A stretch of DNA of 64,000 nt from Methanotrichaceae archaeon (GCA_963813075.1 CAWEXU010000031.1:160001-224000), one strand, 5' to 3'. Positions 32,032 to 42,969 are shown, counted from the first letter of the stretch. Notes: generated from the sequence alone by a model not told the origin. Program-made: numbers and translations.

Positions 32032-32286
32032 ATGGATACAATCGACCATAACATCATTAAGGCAATTGCCAGCCTCAAGGTTCCTTATCCCAAAGCAGAT
32101 AGGATCCTCTCCATGGTGAATATCGATCCAGAGGAGCTTGGCGCCCGGCTGGGCGGACTGGAGATGCAGGGCTTAGTCAAAACCATGAGCGAGGCGGATA
32201 TGGAGGGCTCCAGCCTCCCTAACGGCATAACGGCGGCAGGGCTGACAAGTCTTGGCAAGAGGGCTTTGTCAGGGCCGAGATGGTAG
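32032..32286 (+). CDS. small winged-helix-like hypothetical protein
   Basis: ELGARLGGLEMQGLV...LTSLGK pattern; RBS ggtga. Confidence 0.6.
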   Translation: MDTIDHNIIKAIASLKVPYPKADRILSMVNIDPEELGARLGGLEMQGLVKTMSEADMEGSSLPNGITAAGLTSLGKRALSGPRW

Positions 32287-32383
32287 GGTCAATTTCGGTT
32301 CGATCTCGGCGAATTTTGATCTTATCAACTTCATCCTCTGGCCCATCTCTCTTGCCGTCGCCTGCTTTATGCCAGGACCATAG

Positions 32384-32779
32384 TCACGTAATGGATTCTA
32401 TCCCCAGATAGTCGTAATACCTGCGCCGGAAGGATTCAAACTCCTTGATCGTCTCATAGGCCTTGTCGTACATGAATGTGGATCCATCCTCGTACATAAC
32501 CTTGCCCTTCAAGACCTCCATGCGCAGGGGAAGAGCAAGCTGCTGGAAGATTTTGATGTCATAGATGTCGTCGAATAGATCCGATAGGACATTGAGGCGG
32601 AACTGGGAGCTGTCAGCATCATCAGCATCATAGTATACACTGATGTCGATATCTGAATCCGATTTCATCCTGCCCGAGCTGGCTGAGCCATAAAGAATGA
32701 TGAATCTAACTCTATCGCCGCCAAAAGATAGAATCTTCTGGACGGCCCGCTCGATCTTTGCCGCCAGTTTGGGCGGCAT
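32384..32779 (-). CDS. minimal nucleotidyltransferase (MNT, antitoxin-like)
   Basis: ILYGSASSG...SDIDI motif. Confidence 0.88.
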   Translation of the reverse strand: MPPKLAAKIERAVQKILSFGGDRVRFIILYGSASSGRMKSDSDIDISVYYDADDADSSQFRLNVLSDLFDDIYDIKIFQQLALPLRMEVLKGKVMYEDGSTFMYDKAYETIKEFESFRRRYYDYLGIESIT

Positions 32780-32829
32780 GATCGCTTCCCCTTCAGTCTC
32801 TTGTGGCATTTATCGGAGCAGCGCGGTAA

Positions 32830-32984
32830 TCAGAGATTGCCCTTGAGAAGCTGGTAGACGAAGTAGACCAGGACTACGAATATAGCCACTCTGCCAGGTA
32901 CCAGATGGTTCTCCAGAGGGCGATGACGATGATGAATGCCAGGACCAGAATGACCAGGTTCTTGATGGTATTTTCATTTGTCAT
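32830..32984 (-). CDS. ~51-aa two-helix membrane microprotein, one frameshift
   Basis: MTNENTIKNLVILVLAFIIVIALWRTIWYLA..VAIFVVLVYFVYQLLKGNL; similar to 21429-21575. Confidence 0.6.
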
Positions 32985-33007
32985 ATACACTGAATATGTC
33001 GTATTCT

Positions 33008-33159
33008 GATAAAGCTGTTTCGAGAGAAATGGCAAAAGGACGTCAGGGCTGGAGTTATTTCCATTGATCTACCACACCTTCAAATCGATCCCCTCGATCC
33101 TCAACCTCTCTCCCTCCGAGTGCACCACTACGCCGGAGTGCACCCTTTTGCCATCATGC
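33008..33159. repeat. direct repeat copy A: orphan 3' end of the Fe-S gene plus downstream region
   Basis: Aligns to 36382-36529; encodes [24 protein letters not shown] on the minus strand. Confidence 0.92.
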
Positions 33160-33487
33160 CCAAATATCATTCCGATCTTGGGAATCACCTGATATGATAA
33201 TCTGTTAGCATCCTGATATGTATAGGGCTAGGCGAGGGATTAGCCTTATTTTCATAGTATCCGGAATGAATGGGTTCATAGAATACGTTTTTCCAGGAGA
33301 AGAGGTCCGGAGATATATTAATTGCTGGAAATAAATCAGAATTTGATACTGTAGCGTATTGCACAATATAATAATATAATTATAATTTTATGCATCAAAA
33401 GGCTTGTTTCAAAGCCCAAGATTGGCATGTGAGGGGGCATTTAATGAGCGATAAAGTTATATTTAATGATATAACTGAGGAACCGAT

Positions 33488-34186
33488 ATGAATCCTCTTA
33501 TAGATTTGGCTCCAAAATTAATTGATTTATGGAATTTTTATTCGGATATTTATGTGGGTAAGGAAAATAAAATTTTTGATAATTCTTTAACCGTACTATC
33601 TGAAAGGCATGATATTAATAAGGAAGATTTGAAAACGATTTTGGAAAACATTGATAAAGACAAAATTGACGAGGATCAGAAAGATATTATGGACGAATTT
33701 TATACAATATTTTATGAACATATATTGAATGATTCGGAATTTCGAAATAAATTAATTGCAACGAGATTAAGGCACTATGAGTCCTCCCTTGAAGAAATAA
33801 AAGAACTTCTTGATTCTATCAAAGGTGTAAAAAACCATAATGATAAAACCGATTATGTAGATATGATAAAATCTGAATTAGAATATTGTATTGATTTATT
33901 AGAACAACCCCATGTTAAGACATTGCCTACAGATTGTTGGATATCAGTTAATAATAGTGGTCTATTAACGCTTTTTAATAAAGATACAGAATTAAAATCA
34001 ATTCGTGAAATTTATAATAAAATTCAAGATTTTAATGAACGGTCAAAAATACAAAAATTCATCGGATACCCTTGGAAGCGGTTAGAGTATGAAGATGGAA
34101 TGCGATTATCTAAAATGCAAGTGAAACAATTCTTGGAAATACGTAGTTGGCTATTGGCTGAATTAAAAAAATATACGAGTTCGTAA
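33488..34186 (+). CDS. AT-rich hypothetical protein (232 aa)
   Basis: Long open frame with RBS gagg; no motif recognised. Confidence 0.7.
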   Translation: MNPLIDLAPKLIDLWNFYSDIYVGKENKIFDNSLTVLSERHDINKEDLKTILENIDKDKIDEDQKDIMDEFYTIFYEHILNDSEFRNKLIATRLRHYESSLEEIKELLDSIKGVKNHNDKTDYVDMIKSELEYCIDLLEQPHVKTLPTDCWISVNNSGLLTLFNKDTELKSIREIYNKIQDFNERSKIQKFIGYPWKRLEYEDGMRLSKMQVKQFLEIRSWLLAELKKYTSS

Positions 34187-34302
34187 ATGTTAATATATGT
34201 CATATATTATGCTGCACTCTGATGAATTTAAAGTTATTATCGATCAAAATCCGAGCATGGTGTGATATTCTCTGAATCGGTATCTAGCGTTATTAAATTT
34301 AG

Positions 34303-35162
34303 TTAATTCTTTTTGTATTTACGATAATATTTCCGACGCGGGCGATAATATGCAGGCACTTTATTATTTAGATAAGACAACCGGAGAGAAGCAACTTGTA
34401 TGAATAAGGAAGCAATTATAGCGATTATTGCAAACCGCTCCATACAGTCCTTTTCATACCATCTATTTACATGTAGTGATACAACCTTTGGACTAGAATA
34501 CCACTTGTTTCCTAATTTATAAAATAATGTTAGATATATGTTATGATCTCCTCCGGGTGCATTTGGATCTATTGTGAAATTGATACTATAAGGAACCCAA
34601 CCTTCGTTCTCTGTTGTGACTTCACCCCAGTTAGTAAAACCGTTAATATCATACAGGTTAAAATAAATATTAGGCACATTCATATCAATTGAGGAGTTTT
34701 CGGGCCTGCTAGTTATATATGGCCTGTGAATCGTAATTGTACCGTTTAAAGGATTAAAGGTATATTTATACTCTAGCGACTGTAATGTTACTCTATTGTC
34801 CTTAACGATATACTCGGGAATATTAACCCGTAACTTTCCGAAAGTTGCATCGCCTGCGCCAGATATATATAATTTCATTGAATATTCATCATTGTTATTA
34901 ACGTGGCTATTACTTGCTTGAACTTCAATATCATAGGATGGTTCACCTTTAAAAGATGAATCACTAATATCAGTATTCGAAATCGAGTATGTTCCATCAT
35001 CATTAAGAGATAGACTAGAATGGTCGTATTTTCGCTAGTAGATGATGTTGACAATGTCATAAATAATATTAGGACAATCCATATTCTTGACATTTGGCAC
35101 ATTATTGATTCTTTAATTTTATAATCACCCCTGTTATCAATATCTTTTTTGTCTTCATCCAT
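34303..35162 (-). CDS. putative surface protein with signal peptide and C-terminal TM anchor plus basic tail; one frameshift near 35010
   Basis: Alternate frame LNDDGTYSIS...DEYS reads into MKLYISGAG; ends FAIIAIIASLFIQVASL...RPRRKYYRKYKKN. Confidence 0.6.
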
Positions 35163-35501
35163 ATTTCCTTGATTGCTGAATCAATTTATAATTCTTTCTC
35201 TGCTACGCATCTTCCAAATACTACCACAGAATAGGGAAGAGAGGGAAAATATACTCAACGATATCCAATTCAACATGCTAATCGATGCCCTAATATCATC
35301 CCCATAGTCATGCAGTTTATTAGACCGTTCTAAAAGATAAAGCAAGACCGATATTCAAATATACCTGTTATGATAAACCAAGATTCTAGATTCAACTAAT
35401 AAAAATAAAGATATCTCACCATCTTAAAACCATTTGCTTAATTTTAATTACCAAAAAGCTTTTAATTGAGAACTTTATTAATGAGTAACAGGTGAAAAAA
35501 T

Positions 35502-35942
35502 ATGCGAATAGCAATCTTGGCTGCAATTTTGATAATTAGTACCCAATTTATACCTGTGACTGCGCTCACGGATAACGAAAAGAATAATGTTGAGGCAGTT
35601 GGAACAAGCCTACTTATGAAATCTGAATTTATTTCTTATGGACTTGTTGAAATTGACTATGGAAATACGATGAAAATATGGTTTATATCAAGTGACGATG
35701 ATCAATCTACTGTCGCGAGTTCCCTGGGCATGGTCGTCGGAGTCTATTTAGGTGCCTGCAAAATGTTTCCAGAGATATCTGACTTGAAGTTAATGGTGGG
35801 GACAAAGAATAATGTAGCTGGTGAGTTGTATGCCGAAAGAGCTTGGGCTGATGGAGTTAGAATGAATCCAGATGGGTCATACAACTCTGATGATGTAGCG
35901 GTTCTCGGTTTAAAGGTGCTAGGAACATATAAAGATAGATAA
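35502..35942 (+). CDS. exported hypothetical protein
   Basis: Signal peptide MRIAILAAILIISTQFIPVTA; RBS ggtga. Confidence 0.72.
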   Translation: MRIAILAAILIISTQFIPVTALTDNEKNNVEAVGTSLLMKSEFISYGLVEIDYGNTMKIWFISSDDDQSTVASSLGMVVGVYLGACKMFPEISDLKLMVGTKNNVAGELYAERAWADGVRMNPDGSYNSDDVAVLGLKVLGTYKDR

Positions 35943-35967
35943 TAACAACCATATATGCAAACATCCA

Positions 35968-36094
35968 ACTCTTGGTCCTTTGCATATCTCATGCCCAAAT
36001 CTCGAACGTCCTCCACATCAAAGCCCAGGGAGCGAATAGCTTCGAGACTCGATCTGGGCATATCGGCATCGAGTAGAAATTTAGGCTTTTGCAT
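35968..36094 (-). pseudogene. truncated DUF5615/PIN-like toxin
   Basis: MQKPKFLLDADMP...GFDVEDVRDLGMRYAKDQE then similarity breaks off; coupled to DUF433 gene. Confidence 0.7.
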
Positions 36095-36308
36095 ATGCAG
36101 TGATCTCTTCTCCGGCTACAACTTTGGCCGCATATGCCAGGGCAGCAAGAACATCTTCTTTTTGCAGGTCGTATTCCCTGACAATCTCTTCAATTGCCAT
36201 GCCGCCAGCAAGTGAGCCGAGAATTATATCCAATGGAACCCGGGTGCCCTTTATGATCGGTTTTCCATGCCTCACCGACGGATCAATTACTATTCTATCC
36301 TCGTACAT
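36081..36308 (-). CDS. DUF433 antitoxin-like protein
   Basis: RIVIDPSVRHGKPIIKGTRVP...EDVLAALAYA. Confidence 0.9.
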   Translation of the reverse strand: MYEDRIVIDPSVRHGKPIIKGTRVPLDIILGSLAGGMAIEEIVREYDLQKEDVLAALAYAAKVVAGEEITAYAKA

Positions 36309-36381
36309 TTTGCGCCTCAACTATAATAACAGACTTCTCGGCATAAATCCATTATCATTGCTTCCTGAAATTATGATTTCG

Positions 36382-36529
36382 GATAAAGCTGTTTCGAGGA
36401 AATGGCAAAAGGACGCCCAGACAGGGACAATTCCAATGATCTACCACACCTTCAAATCGATCCCCTCGATCCTCAACCTCTCCCCCTCCGAGTGCACCAC
36501 CACTCCGCTATGCACCTTCTGCATCATGC
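36382..36529. repeat. direct repeat copy B: functional 3' end of the Fe-S gene
   Basis: Aligns to 33008-33159. Confidence 0.92.
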
Positions 36530-37116
36530 AGTGCTCGGGCAGAAATCGCACCGTCTCCCCCACCTCCGGCCTCCTGCCCCGGAATACTGTGCCCTCAAAG
36601 GCTAGAACCATGACATATGCCAATGTCCTCGGGCGCAGGCAATCCCTGCAGCAGATGCACCGGCCCCACCAGATGGACGGTGACGACCCCCTGGCTGGAT
36701 TTGAGAACTTTAGCAAAATGAGTGATGGGGCAGCCCAGCGGCCGGTAGCGGAAGACGTCACCCTCTTCCAGCCTGGCCGCAGGATTAAAGGGATGCAGAT
36801 CCTCCCGGCAGGAAGGCTCTCCAGGCAGGGGGGCGAGGGAGAAATCCGCACGCAGGCCATCCAGAACGCCAATGATATCATTCTCTTTCTCTGCGGTGAT
36901 CAGCTTGTCCTCTTCTCTGACTATCTCTTTATCCTTGCTTGATATGTCCAGCAGCTTCTCTATCTCCTCTGTCCGGCCCCGGAACCTCTCCTGCTTGAGA
37001 ATGGGACATCTCTCCAGGCCTGCCACATCCACCAGCTTTCTGGCAAACTCCCGGCAGCTGGAAAATCCGCACTCTCCGCAGTTGTACCCTGGCAGGAGCT
37101 TCTCAATTTTTTTCAT
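36441..37116 (-). CDS. (Fe-S)-binding protein, one frameshift near 36612
   Basis: [18 protein letters not shown]...CP domain; [20 protein letters not shown]. Confidence 0.82.
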
Positions 37117-37149
37117 GCTTTTGAAATCCTCTTATCTCCGGCATTCAGC

Positions 37150-37849
37150 TCACTCGCCAGTGTACTCCATGAACCCATCCAGATGGCGGAGCATTCCCCG
37201 GTGGTGCTCCTTGGAGACCCGCAATTCGCCCGGTGCATAATGTGCAGATGGCCAGCGGCGGGTTGTGCCGCAATGCCATCTCCCCGGAGATCTCCGGCCA
37301 GCCTGAGATCAATTCGGCGATCTCGGCTGAGCCCTTGCCGGTCAGGCCGTTGGCCTCGATTATCCGGCAACCGGGATTGGCCTCCAGGATGCGCTCTCTG
37401 AACACCTCCCTCTCCGCCTGGGATACGAGGTCTCCTTTGGTCATGACCGCAGCATCGGCGGTGGTGAGGAGCGGCCCCACCTTCAGCGGACTGTTGGGGC
37501 CGGTGGTAACATCGATCACGCAGATGGCTAAAGCTTGATCCGGATAAGGAGCACAGCGCAGGCACAGGCCGGCAGTCTCATTGAGCAGAATCCCCGCCCC
37601 CTGCTCTTTGGCCCAGTCGAGCATCTCGTCTACATTGTATATGGCATAGTGATCGGGACACATGTCCTTTGACAGGCCCACAGCCACGGGCAGGCCGAGG
37701 CGCTTGAAGCGAATGTCGTCCTCGGTCCACATGCAGTCGATCTTCACCAGCGCAGGAGAGGCCCCTGCCCGGATCAGGTCCTTTACCGCATGCATGAGAA
37801 CGGACGTCTTGCCTGAGCCCGGCGTTCCCGCCACCACCACCATCTTCAA
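37150..37849 (-). CDS. HypB/UreG/CobW-like P-loop GTP-binding protein, frameshift near 37225
   Basis: [25 protein letters not shown]; corrected end [28 protein letters not shown]. Confidence 0.82.
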
Positions 37850-38688
37850 GCTACTACCTCACCCTGACGGATGGTCTCCCGCAGGCTGGTGAGCCAGCCG
37901 TCCACCCTCTCGATATCCTTGAAGATCCTCTGCTCCTGCTCATTGGTGCTGATGACCTTGGTCATGCCGCCGTTCTTCATCACAATCCTGCGGGTGGCCA
38001 TCAGGGCCAGCATAGGATCGTGAGTTACCACCACCACGATCTTCCCCTCGCCGGATAGGAGCCGCAGAGCCTCTTGCTTCTTTATTCCCGCGTTCTCGAT
38101 CTCGTCTATCAATACTATTGGCGAGTCGCTGATAACCGCTATGTCCGCCACCATCAGAGCCCGGGACTGGCCGCCGCTCAGAATGGTAAGCTGCATCTGG
38201 GGGCTTATGGGCTCACCGGTCAGGGTATTGGCCAGCTCGATGACCTTGTCCGCCAGAAGAGGGTCCTTGCCCCGGGACTTGGCATGCATCCGCAAGAACT
38301 CTCCCACCTGCATGTCTGCCAGGAAATGCATATTCTGGGAGAGCTGGGCCACCAGCTTCTTTCTCGGGTCGTAGCGCTGCTCGTTTTTCGGCTCCTGGCC
38401 GTTGATCAGAATGCTCCTGCCGGAGGGGGTGTCTCCCAGGGCAAACTGCTCTATATCGGCGATAAGAGTGCTCTTTCCTGAGCCGGTAGGTCCCACGATT
38501 CCTATTATCTCTCCCCGGGAGATCTCTATCTCGGGCACAAGGTCCTGGTGGCCGCTCTTGTCCACTCCACCCTGAACGGTGAGGGTCAGGGGGCTTTCTT
38601 CTGCAGGTTCAAGCTCCAAAGGCTTGACATTCAGGTTAACAGTCGGGCTAATAGTATGGCTAATTGTCTGGCTAACAATCTGGCTCAT
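37846..38688 (-). CDS. ABC-type ATP-binding protein without cognate permease
   Basis: [24 protein letters not shown]. Confidence 0.88.
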   Translation of the reverse strand: MSQIVSQTISHTISPTVNLNVKPLELEPAEESPLTLTVQGGVDKSGHQDLVPEIEISRGEIIGIVGPTGSGKSTLIADIEQFALGDTPSGRSILINGQEPKNEQRYDPRKKLVAQLSQNMHFLADMQVGEFLRMHAKSRGKDPLLADKVIELANTLTGEPISPQMQLTILSGGQSRALMVADIAVISDSPIVLIDEIENAGIKKQEALRLLSGEGKIVVVVTHDPMLALMATRRIVMKNGGMTKVISTNEQEQRIFKDIERVDGWLTSLRETIRQGEVVA

Positions 38689-39908
38689 GATCCTTCCTCC
38701 AAAAATAAGACTGCATCCTCCCAGGAGGAGACTGCAACATCCGGCTGCAACATATAGCGGGAATAATCCTCTTTCATCCTGGCAATGCCGCCGCCGGTTA
38801 TATTGAGAAGTATGATTTCATTCGAGGAGACGCTTCTTTTCTCTACCGCTTTTTTCAGCGCTGCCACCGCAACTGCCGGAGCGTTGAGGATATCGATCTC
38901 CTCAGACTGCTCGAACAGGTCCCTGGCTTCGCTGGCCTCTCGGTCGGTGATTCCGTAAACCATGCCGTTTGTGGCCTTCAGGGCATCTTTGACTCCGCCG
39001 GGCATATCAAGAGGCGGCTTGCGGTTGAACAGGACATCATCGAACATATCATCCTGGTATGGCTCGGGCTCCAGATCCTTCCAGGCATAGTAGATGGGAG
39101 CATTGGGGATATTCTGGGCCAGATGAAGCCTGGGCAATGGAAGTTCCGGGTGGAAGCGGCCGTCATCCCTCAGCCGCAGGCTGGCCTCCCAGGCGGATAT
39201 GCCTCCGGTGCCGCTTCCTACCGCCTGGAAATAGTGGTCGGGCGTTCGGCCCAAAGCTGCCGCGGCATCCAGCATCACCGTTCCCATGCCATCCCTGCGG
39301 GCGATGTTCCTCGCACCGCCCTCGGGAGTGAAGCCCTTTCGGGATTGCACCTTCTCCGCTATCTGAATGGCATCAAGGTAGTCCCCTTTGACTGCGATCA
39401 GGGTTATCCTGCCCGGTGGTACAATCGTCCACATTCTTTCCAGGGCCTTTTCCGGGACGAATAAGACCAGCTGCTGCCCGGTCAGTGAAGCGATATGGGC
39501 AAATGCGCGAGCTGTGTTTCCTGCTGAGGCCACGACCAGTGATGACCTTTCCCCCTTCTCCAGGAGCATCTGCATAGTGGGTGGGGCTTCCAGGTCCTTG
39601 AAGCTGCAGGTGGGCATCCTGGCATCCTTTTCAGGCCAGTAGCCATTAAAGCTGATGTAGAGATTCTCCAGCTCCAGCTCCCGAGCCAGCCCCAGGCTTT
39701 TATAGGTCACTGGCCCCCCTGTTGCCTTTTCTATGATCCCATTCACAGGAAGCCAGTCGATGAACCGCCAGATACCGGGAAGATCCCTTATCTGCAGCTG
39801 CCTGGACCTGTACTCCGCCCGCAACAGCGAGCTGTCACGGGGGCAGCTCAGGGAATATAAAGGCAGCACCGATCCATCGCTCACGCATCTGAGCACATAT
39901 TCTCCCAT
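38685..39908 (-). CDS. cysteate synthase (coenzyme M biosynthesis, threonine synthase-like PLP enzyme)
   Basis: [60 protein letters not shown]. Confidence 0.88.
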   Translation of the reverse strand: MGEYVLRCVSDGSVLPLYSLSCPRDSSLLRAEYRSRQLQIRDLPGIWRFIDWLPVNGIIEKATGGPVTYKSLGLARELELENLYISFNGYWPEKDARMPTCSFKDLEAPPTMQMLLEKGERSSLVVASAGNTARAFAHIASLTGQQLVLFVPEKALERMWTIVPPGRITLIAVKGDYLDAIQIAEKVQSRKGFTPEGGARNIARRDGMGTVMLDAAAALGRTPDHYFQAVGSGTGGISAWEASLRLRDDGRFHPELPLPRLHLAQNIPNAPIYYAWKDLEPEPYQDDMFDDVLFNRKPPLDMPGGVKDALKATNGMVYGITDREASEARDLFEQSEEIDILNAPAVAVAALKKAVEKRSVSSNEIILLNITGGGIARMKEDYSRYMLQPDVAVSSWEDAVLFLEEGS

Positions 39909-40121
39909 AATAGGTACCTCTTCTAAAGGGAATATAACATTTTCTGTTTATGGCTAAATTTTATCCTTCTTGTACACGAATTAAATCCTGCAGACACGTT
40001 TAGGTTAAACCAGTGGAGATAACGCTATCATAGCACTGTATCATCGTTCTTCCTTTTAATGCAACCATAAATCTGAAGTATCCCAAAAGTACAAATATAC
40101 CCATGTGCATATCCTAATAGT

Positions 40122-40637
40122 ATGCCAAATGTGGAAAGGGTGATGAGAGCGGCCTTCCAGTCAGATGAGAGCCTGCGTGATACCTTAAAAGAGGTTATCG
40201 GGGAGCTGGGGCTCTCTGCCCGGGAGTTCTCTCGGATCTCAGAGATCCCTCAGAGCACTCTTTATAAGATCCTCTCCGGCCACAGAGAGCCGAATATCAC
40301 CACTTTGCGCCAGATCGTGAAGACCATCCGCCAGCTTGAGGGCTCTGGAGGGGACTTCATCGCCATCATCGCCGCCCGGCCGGTACTGGACAAGATCAGC
40401 GAGAAGAAGATGAAGATAGGAGACCGGATGCTGACCCTGAGAGAGTATTCGGCAACCAATATTGAGGAAGCGATAATCGCCGCGGTGAGGGCGGAGAGGG
40501 ATGGAGCCTCGGCTCTGGTCTGCGCTCCCATCGTCAGCCCCACAGTGGAAAAGCTGCTCACCATCCCTGTAGCCACCATAATACCGCAAGAGAGCGTCGT
40601 CCGGGCGATTGAGGTCGCCGCCAGGAAGATCGAATAA
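40122..40637 (+). CDS. XRE-family HTH transcriptional regulator
   Basis: IPQSTLYKILSG...PNITTL HTH; CAPIVS; divergent from cysteate synthase. Confidence 0.85.
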   Translation: MPNVERVMRAAFQSDESLRDTLKEVIGELGLSAREFSRISEIPQSTLYKILSGHREPNITTLRQIVKTIRQLEGSGGDFIAIIAARPVLDKISEKKMKIGDRMLTLREYSATNIEEAIIAAVRAERDGASALVCAPIVSPTVEKLLTIPVATIIPQESVVRAIEVAARKIE

Positions 40638-40659
40638 AATAGGATATGCCAGGATTGAA

Positions 40660-41264
40660 ATGAGGAACAAGTCCCTGCCATAGCGGCAATACTGATCGCT
40701 TTCTGCCTGCTCTTCGGCCTTGTAGCCGTCTGCAGCTCCCAGAATGCCCCTGAATTCCAGAGCGTGAGCGGCGAATTCGCCAGGGACTGGATTGAGAGCT
40801 TCAAAGCCGAGAATCCTCCGCCTGTGCAGGAGAACGAAAATAGCGGAGGCGAGAATAACAGCAGCAATCTATGGAGCTGGGGAGGAGCGCCCAGGGGGAG
40901 CAGGATCGAAGGCAGTAAGCTGATTACTGATCCCAACTATCTTCAAGGAAAGTTGAATCTGTCCACCGACTGGCTGGGCGATGCTTATACCGATCCAGAT
41001 ACCGGATTGCCTTTATTGGAATATCTGGACCCATTCACCGGAAGGAAGACCTACACCTACCTCAATCCGGACACCCAGCTTCCGATATTCACCTACTATA
41101 GCGATCAGGATGATAAAACAGGAAGGACTGCATATTCCTATATCGATCCCCGGACAGGGAAAGCGGTCTATTCCTATGAGCGGCCCCTGGATATAATCAA
41201 CGACCTTATCGGCGGCCTGGCGGATCAAATAACCAGTCCGGGCCAGCCGTGGGTCAGACTGTAG
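40660..41264 (+). CDS. secreted LWSWG/DPxTG-repeat protein, paralog 1 (frameshift near 40678)
   Basis: Signal-like AIAAILIAFCLLFGLVAVC; FQSVSGEFAR; LWSWGGAPRGS; DPDTG, DPFTG, NPDTQ, DPRTG. Confidence 0.72.
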
Positions 41265-41415
41265 ATGGAGAGTTTTTATCCCGAATTTATTTTTATATTA
41301 GACCTGAAGGCAGACAACAATGATGCATTTAGCGGGATGTAAATATTATAAAATTAATTAAAAAAATATATTCTCCAAATGATTGGAGCATTCTCTATTA
41401 ACTTTCAGCTTCTTC

Positions 41416-42078
41416 CTAATACATCCTCTCCACATGCAGAGATTCGATCAAATCATTATCTTCCTTTGCTTCTCTGAAATCAATACCGTATATGAAGCTC
41501 TTTGAGACATTTTGATTATAGAAGGAATCGAAGTACGGCTCATAGGAATAGGCAAAAGCTTGAATGTTCCGGTTGTACATAGAAGAGAAACCAACAGCTC
41601 TTCTCGCTCTATTGCCATCTATCTCCACGGTGGACTTTATAGAGGTGTCAACTTCAAATCCGCTTAGAGTTGAATCCATCAACTCGTCCAACATTTCATC
41701 GTTTGTGGTTGAAGCTCGGTCAAGATCCATGATCCACAAGAAGGCTATCTCATGGTCCATGCTATCTATCAGTGCCATGGCCCACATCTCCATGCCTTCG
41801 ATTGACATGCCAAAGAAATCTTCGCTATTTTCCTCATCAAAATGAAATTCCTCTGAGGATAGCTTTTCAGTTGAGTTGAATTCCACTTTCCAGGGGCCGA
41901 GAATCTCCATGGTGGGGAACAATTCCTCTTCAGGCTCTATAGAGGCATTATTTGCTATTGCCATCGTTGCATTGCTCTCCGACGGAATAGCTACGCCAAC
42001 CTGGCCTGCACCCATTGGCAAAGCTGCCATAGCCAGAAGCGACATCATTAAAAGATTGACAATTGTCTTAGTCATCAT
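41416..42078 (-). CDS. acidic exported hypothetical protein
   Basis: Signal MMTKTIVNLLMMSLLAMAALPMGAG; Asp/Glu-rich. Confidence 0.68.
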   Translation of the reverse strand: MMTKTIVNLLMMSLLAMAALPMGAGQVGVAIPSESNATMAIANNASIEPEEELFPTMEILGPWKVEFNSTEKLSSEEFHFDEENSEDFFGMSIEGMEMWAMALIDSMDHEIAFLWIMDLDRASTTNDEMLDELMDSTLSGFEVDTSIKSTVEIDGNRARRAVGFSSMYNRNIQAFAYSYEPYFDSFYNQNVSKSFIYGIDFREAKEDNDLIESLHVERMY

Positions 42079-42411
42079 CACAATAACCTTCCATACCTTT
42101 ACTATAACGTTTGAACTTTCGAAGATAAATAGATTTTGTCTGTCTTTCATTTGTTATGAATCAAAGAACGCTTTTTGCTTTTTTATTAAAAATAAGAAAA
42201 TAAAGATAATGGAGGATCTCGTGGCCGCGAAATTCTGCGCAAAACAACTGAAGATCTGCCTTTGACTCTGGATGATTAATGGTTTGCATGCGCCGCTGCC
42301 CGGTGGCATGGCCTAGAAGCCTTTGATCATGGCCAAGAGCCTTTGATAAATTCTTCAGCCATTCGAAAGCCTTTTATTGCCCTGAGCCACTTCAAAACCA
42401 GTGGGGTCAGT

Positions 42412-42969
42412 ATGAAAACTGCATTTGCAGCAGCGATGGCATTACTAATGGCAATGGCATGCTTCTTGTCCGGGAGCGCTCTAGCTCAGGATAAGAACGG
42501 ATATCAGAACGTCGGTGGAGATTACGGCAGGAATGTCTTGACTAACATAGTGGCACCTGATGCTCAGCAAGCAGCAAAAGCCGAGGGCAACCAAAGCCTC
42601 TGGAGCTGGGGAAAAGCACCCAAGGGCAGCCTGATCGTGGATGGAAATATAGTCGGCGATCCCAGGTATACTTTGAAGAACCTGAGCGTTATACGCGATT
42701 GGCTGGGCGATTCGTTTGTAGATCCATATAGTGATACCCCGGCATATTCTTATATCGACCCGACCACAGGGGAGAAGGTCAAAACCTATGTAGATCCAAT
42801 AACCGGGCAACACTACTATACATATACAGATGCCAGTACCGGAAAGCTGGTTTACGTCTACTTCAATCCGGAGACTGGCGAGCCGATATACGCCAGCTTC
42901 ACCCCCGTCTCCGGACAGTATATCGAAGAAGAGCAGTACACATTGCCACCAATCTTAAGATCAAATTGA
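42412..42969 (+). CDS. secreted LWSWG/DPxTG-repeat protein, paralog 2
   Basis: MKTAFAAAMALL signal; YQNVGGDYGR; LWSWGKAPKGS; DPTTG, DPITG, DASTG, NPETG; YTLPPILR. Confidence 0.8.
   Translation: MKTAFAAAMALLMAMACFLSGSALAQDKNGYQNVGGDYGRNVLTNIVAPDAQQAAKAEGNQSLWSWGKAPKGSLIVDGNIVGDPRYTLKNLSVIRDWLGDSFVDPYSDTPAYSYIDPTTGEKVKTYVDPITGQHYYTYTDASTGKLVYVYFNPETGEPIYASFTPVSGQYIEEEQYTLPPILRSN

Larger units (their letters stand above)
33160..36381. mobile_element. low-GC islet between direct repeats, no integrase seen
   Basis: Markedly AT-rich versus flanks; bounded by ~150 bp repeats; carries hypothetical, exported and TA genes. Confidence 0.7.

Noticed and set aside
35744..35967. C-terminal part of the 116-aa minus ORF as a full PIN toxin
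   Set aside because: It is antisense to the exported-protein gene and lacks the remaining PIN acidic motifs
36100..36942. 280-aa plus-strand ORF crossing the islet boundary
   Set aside because: Antisense to DUF433 and the Fe-S gene; no integrase or other motifs
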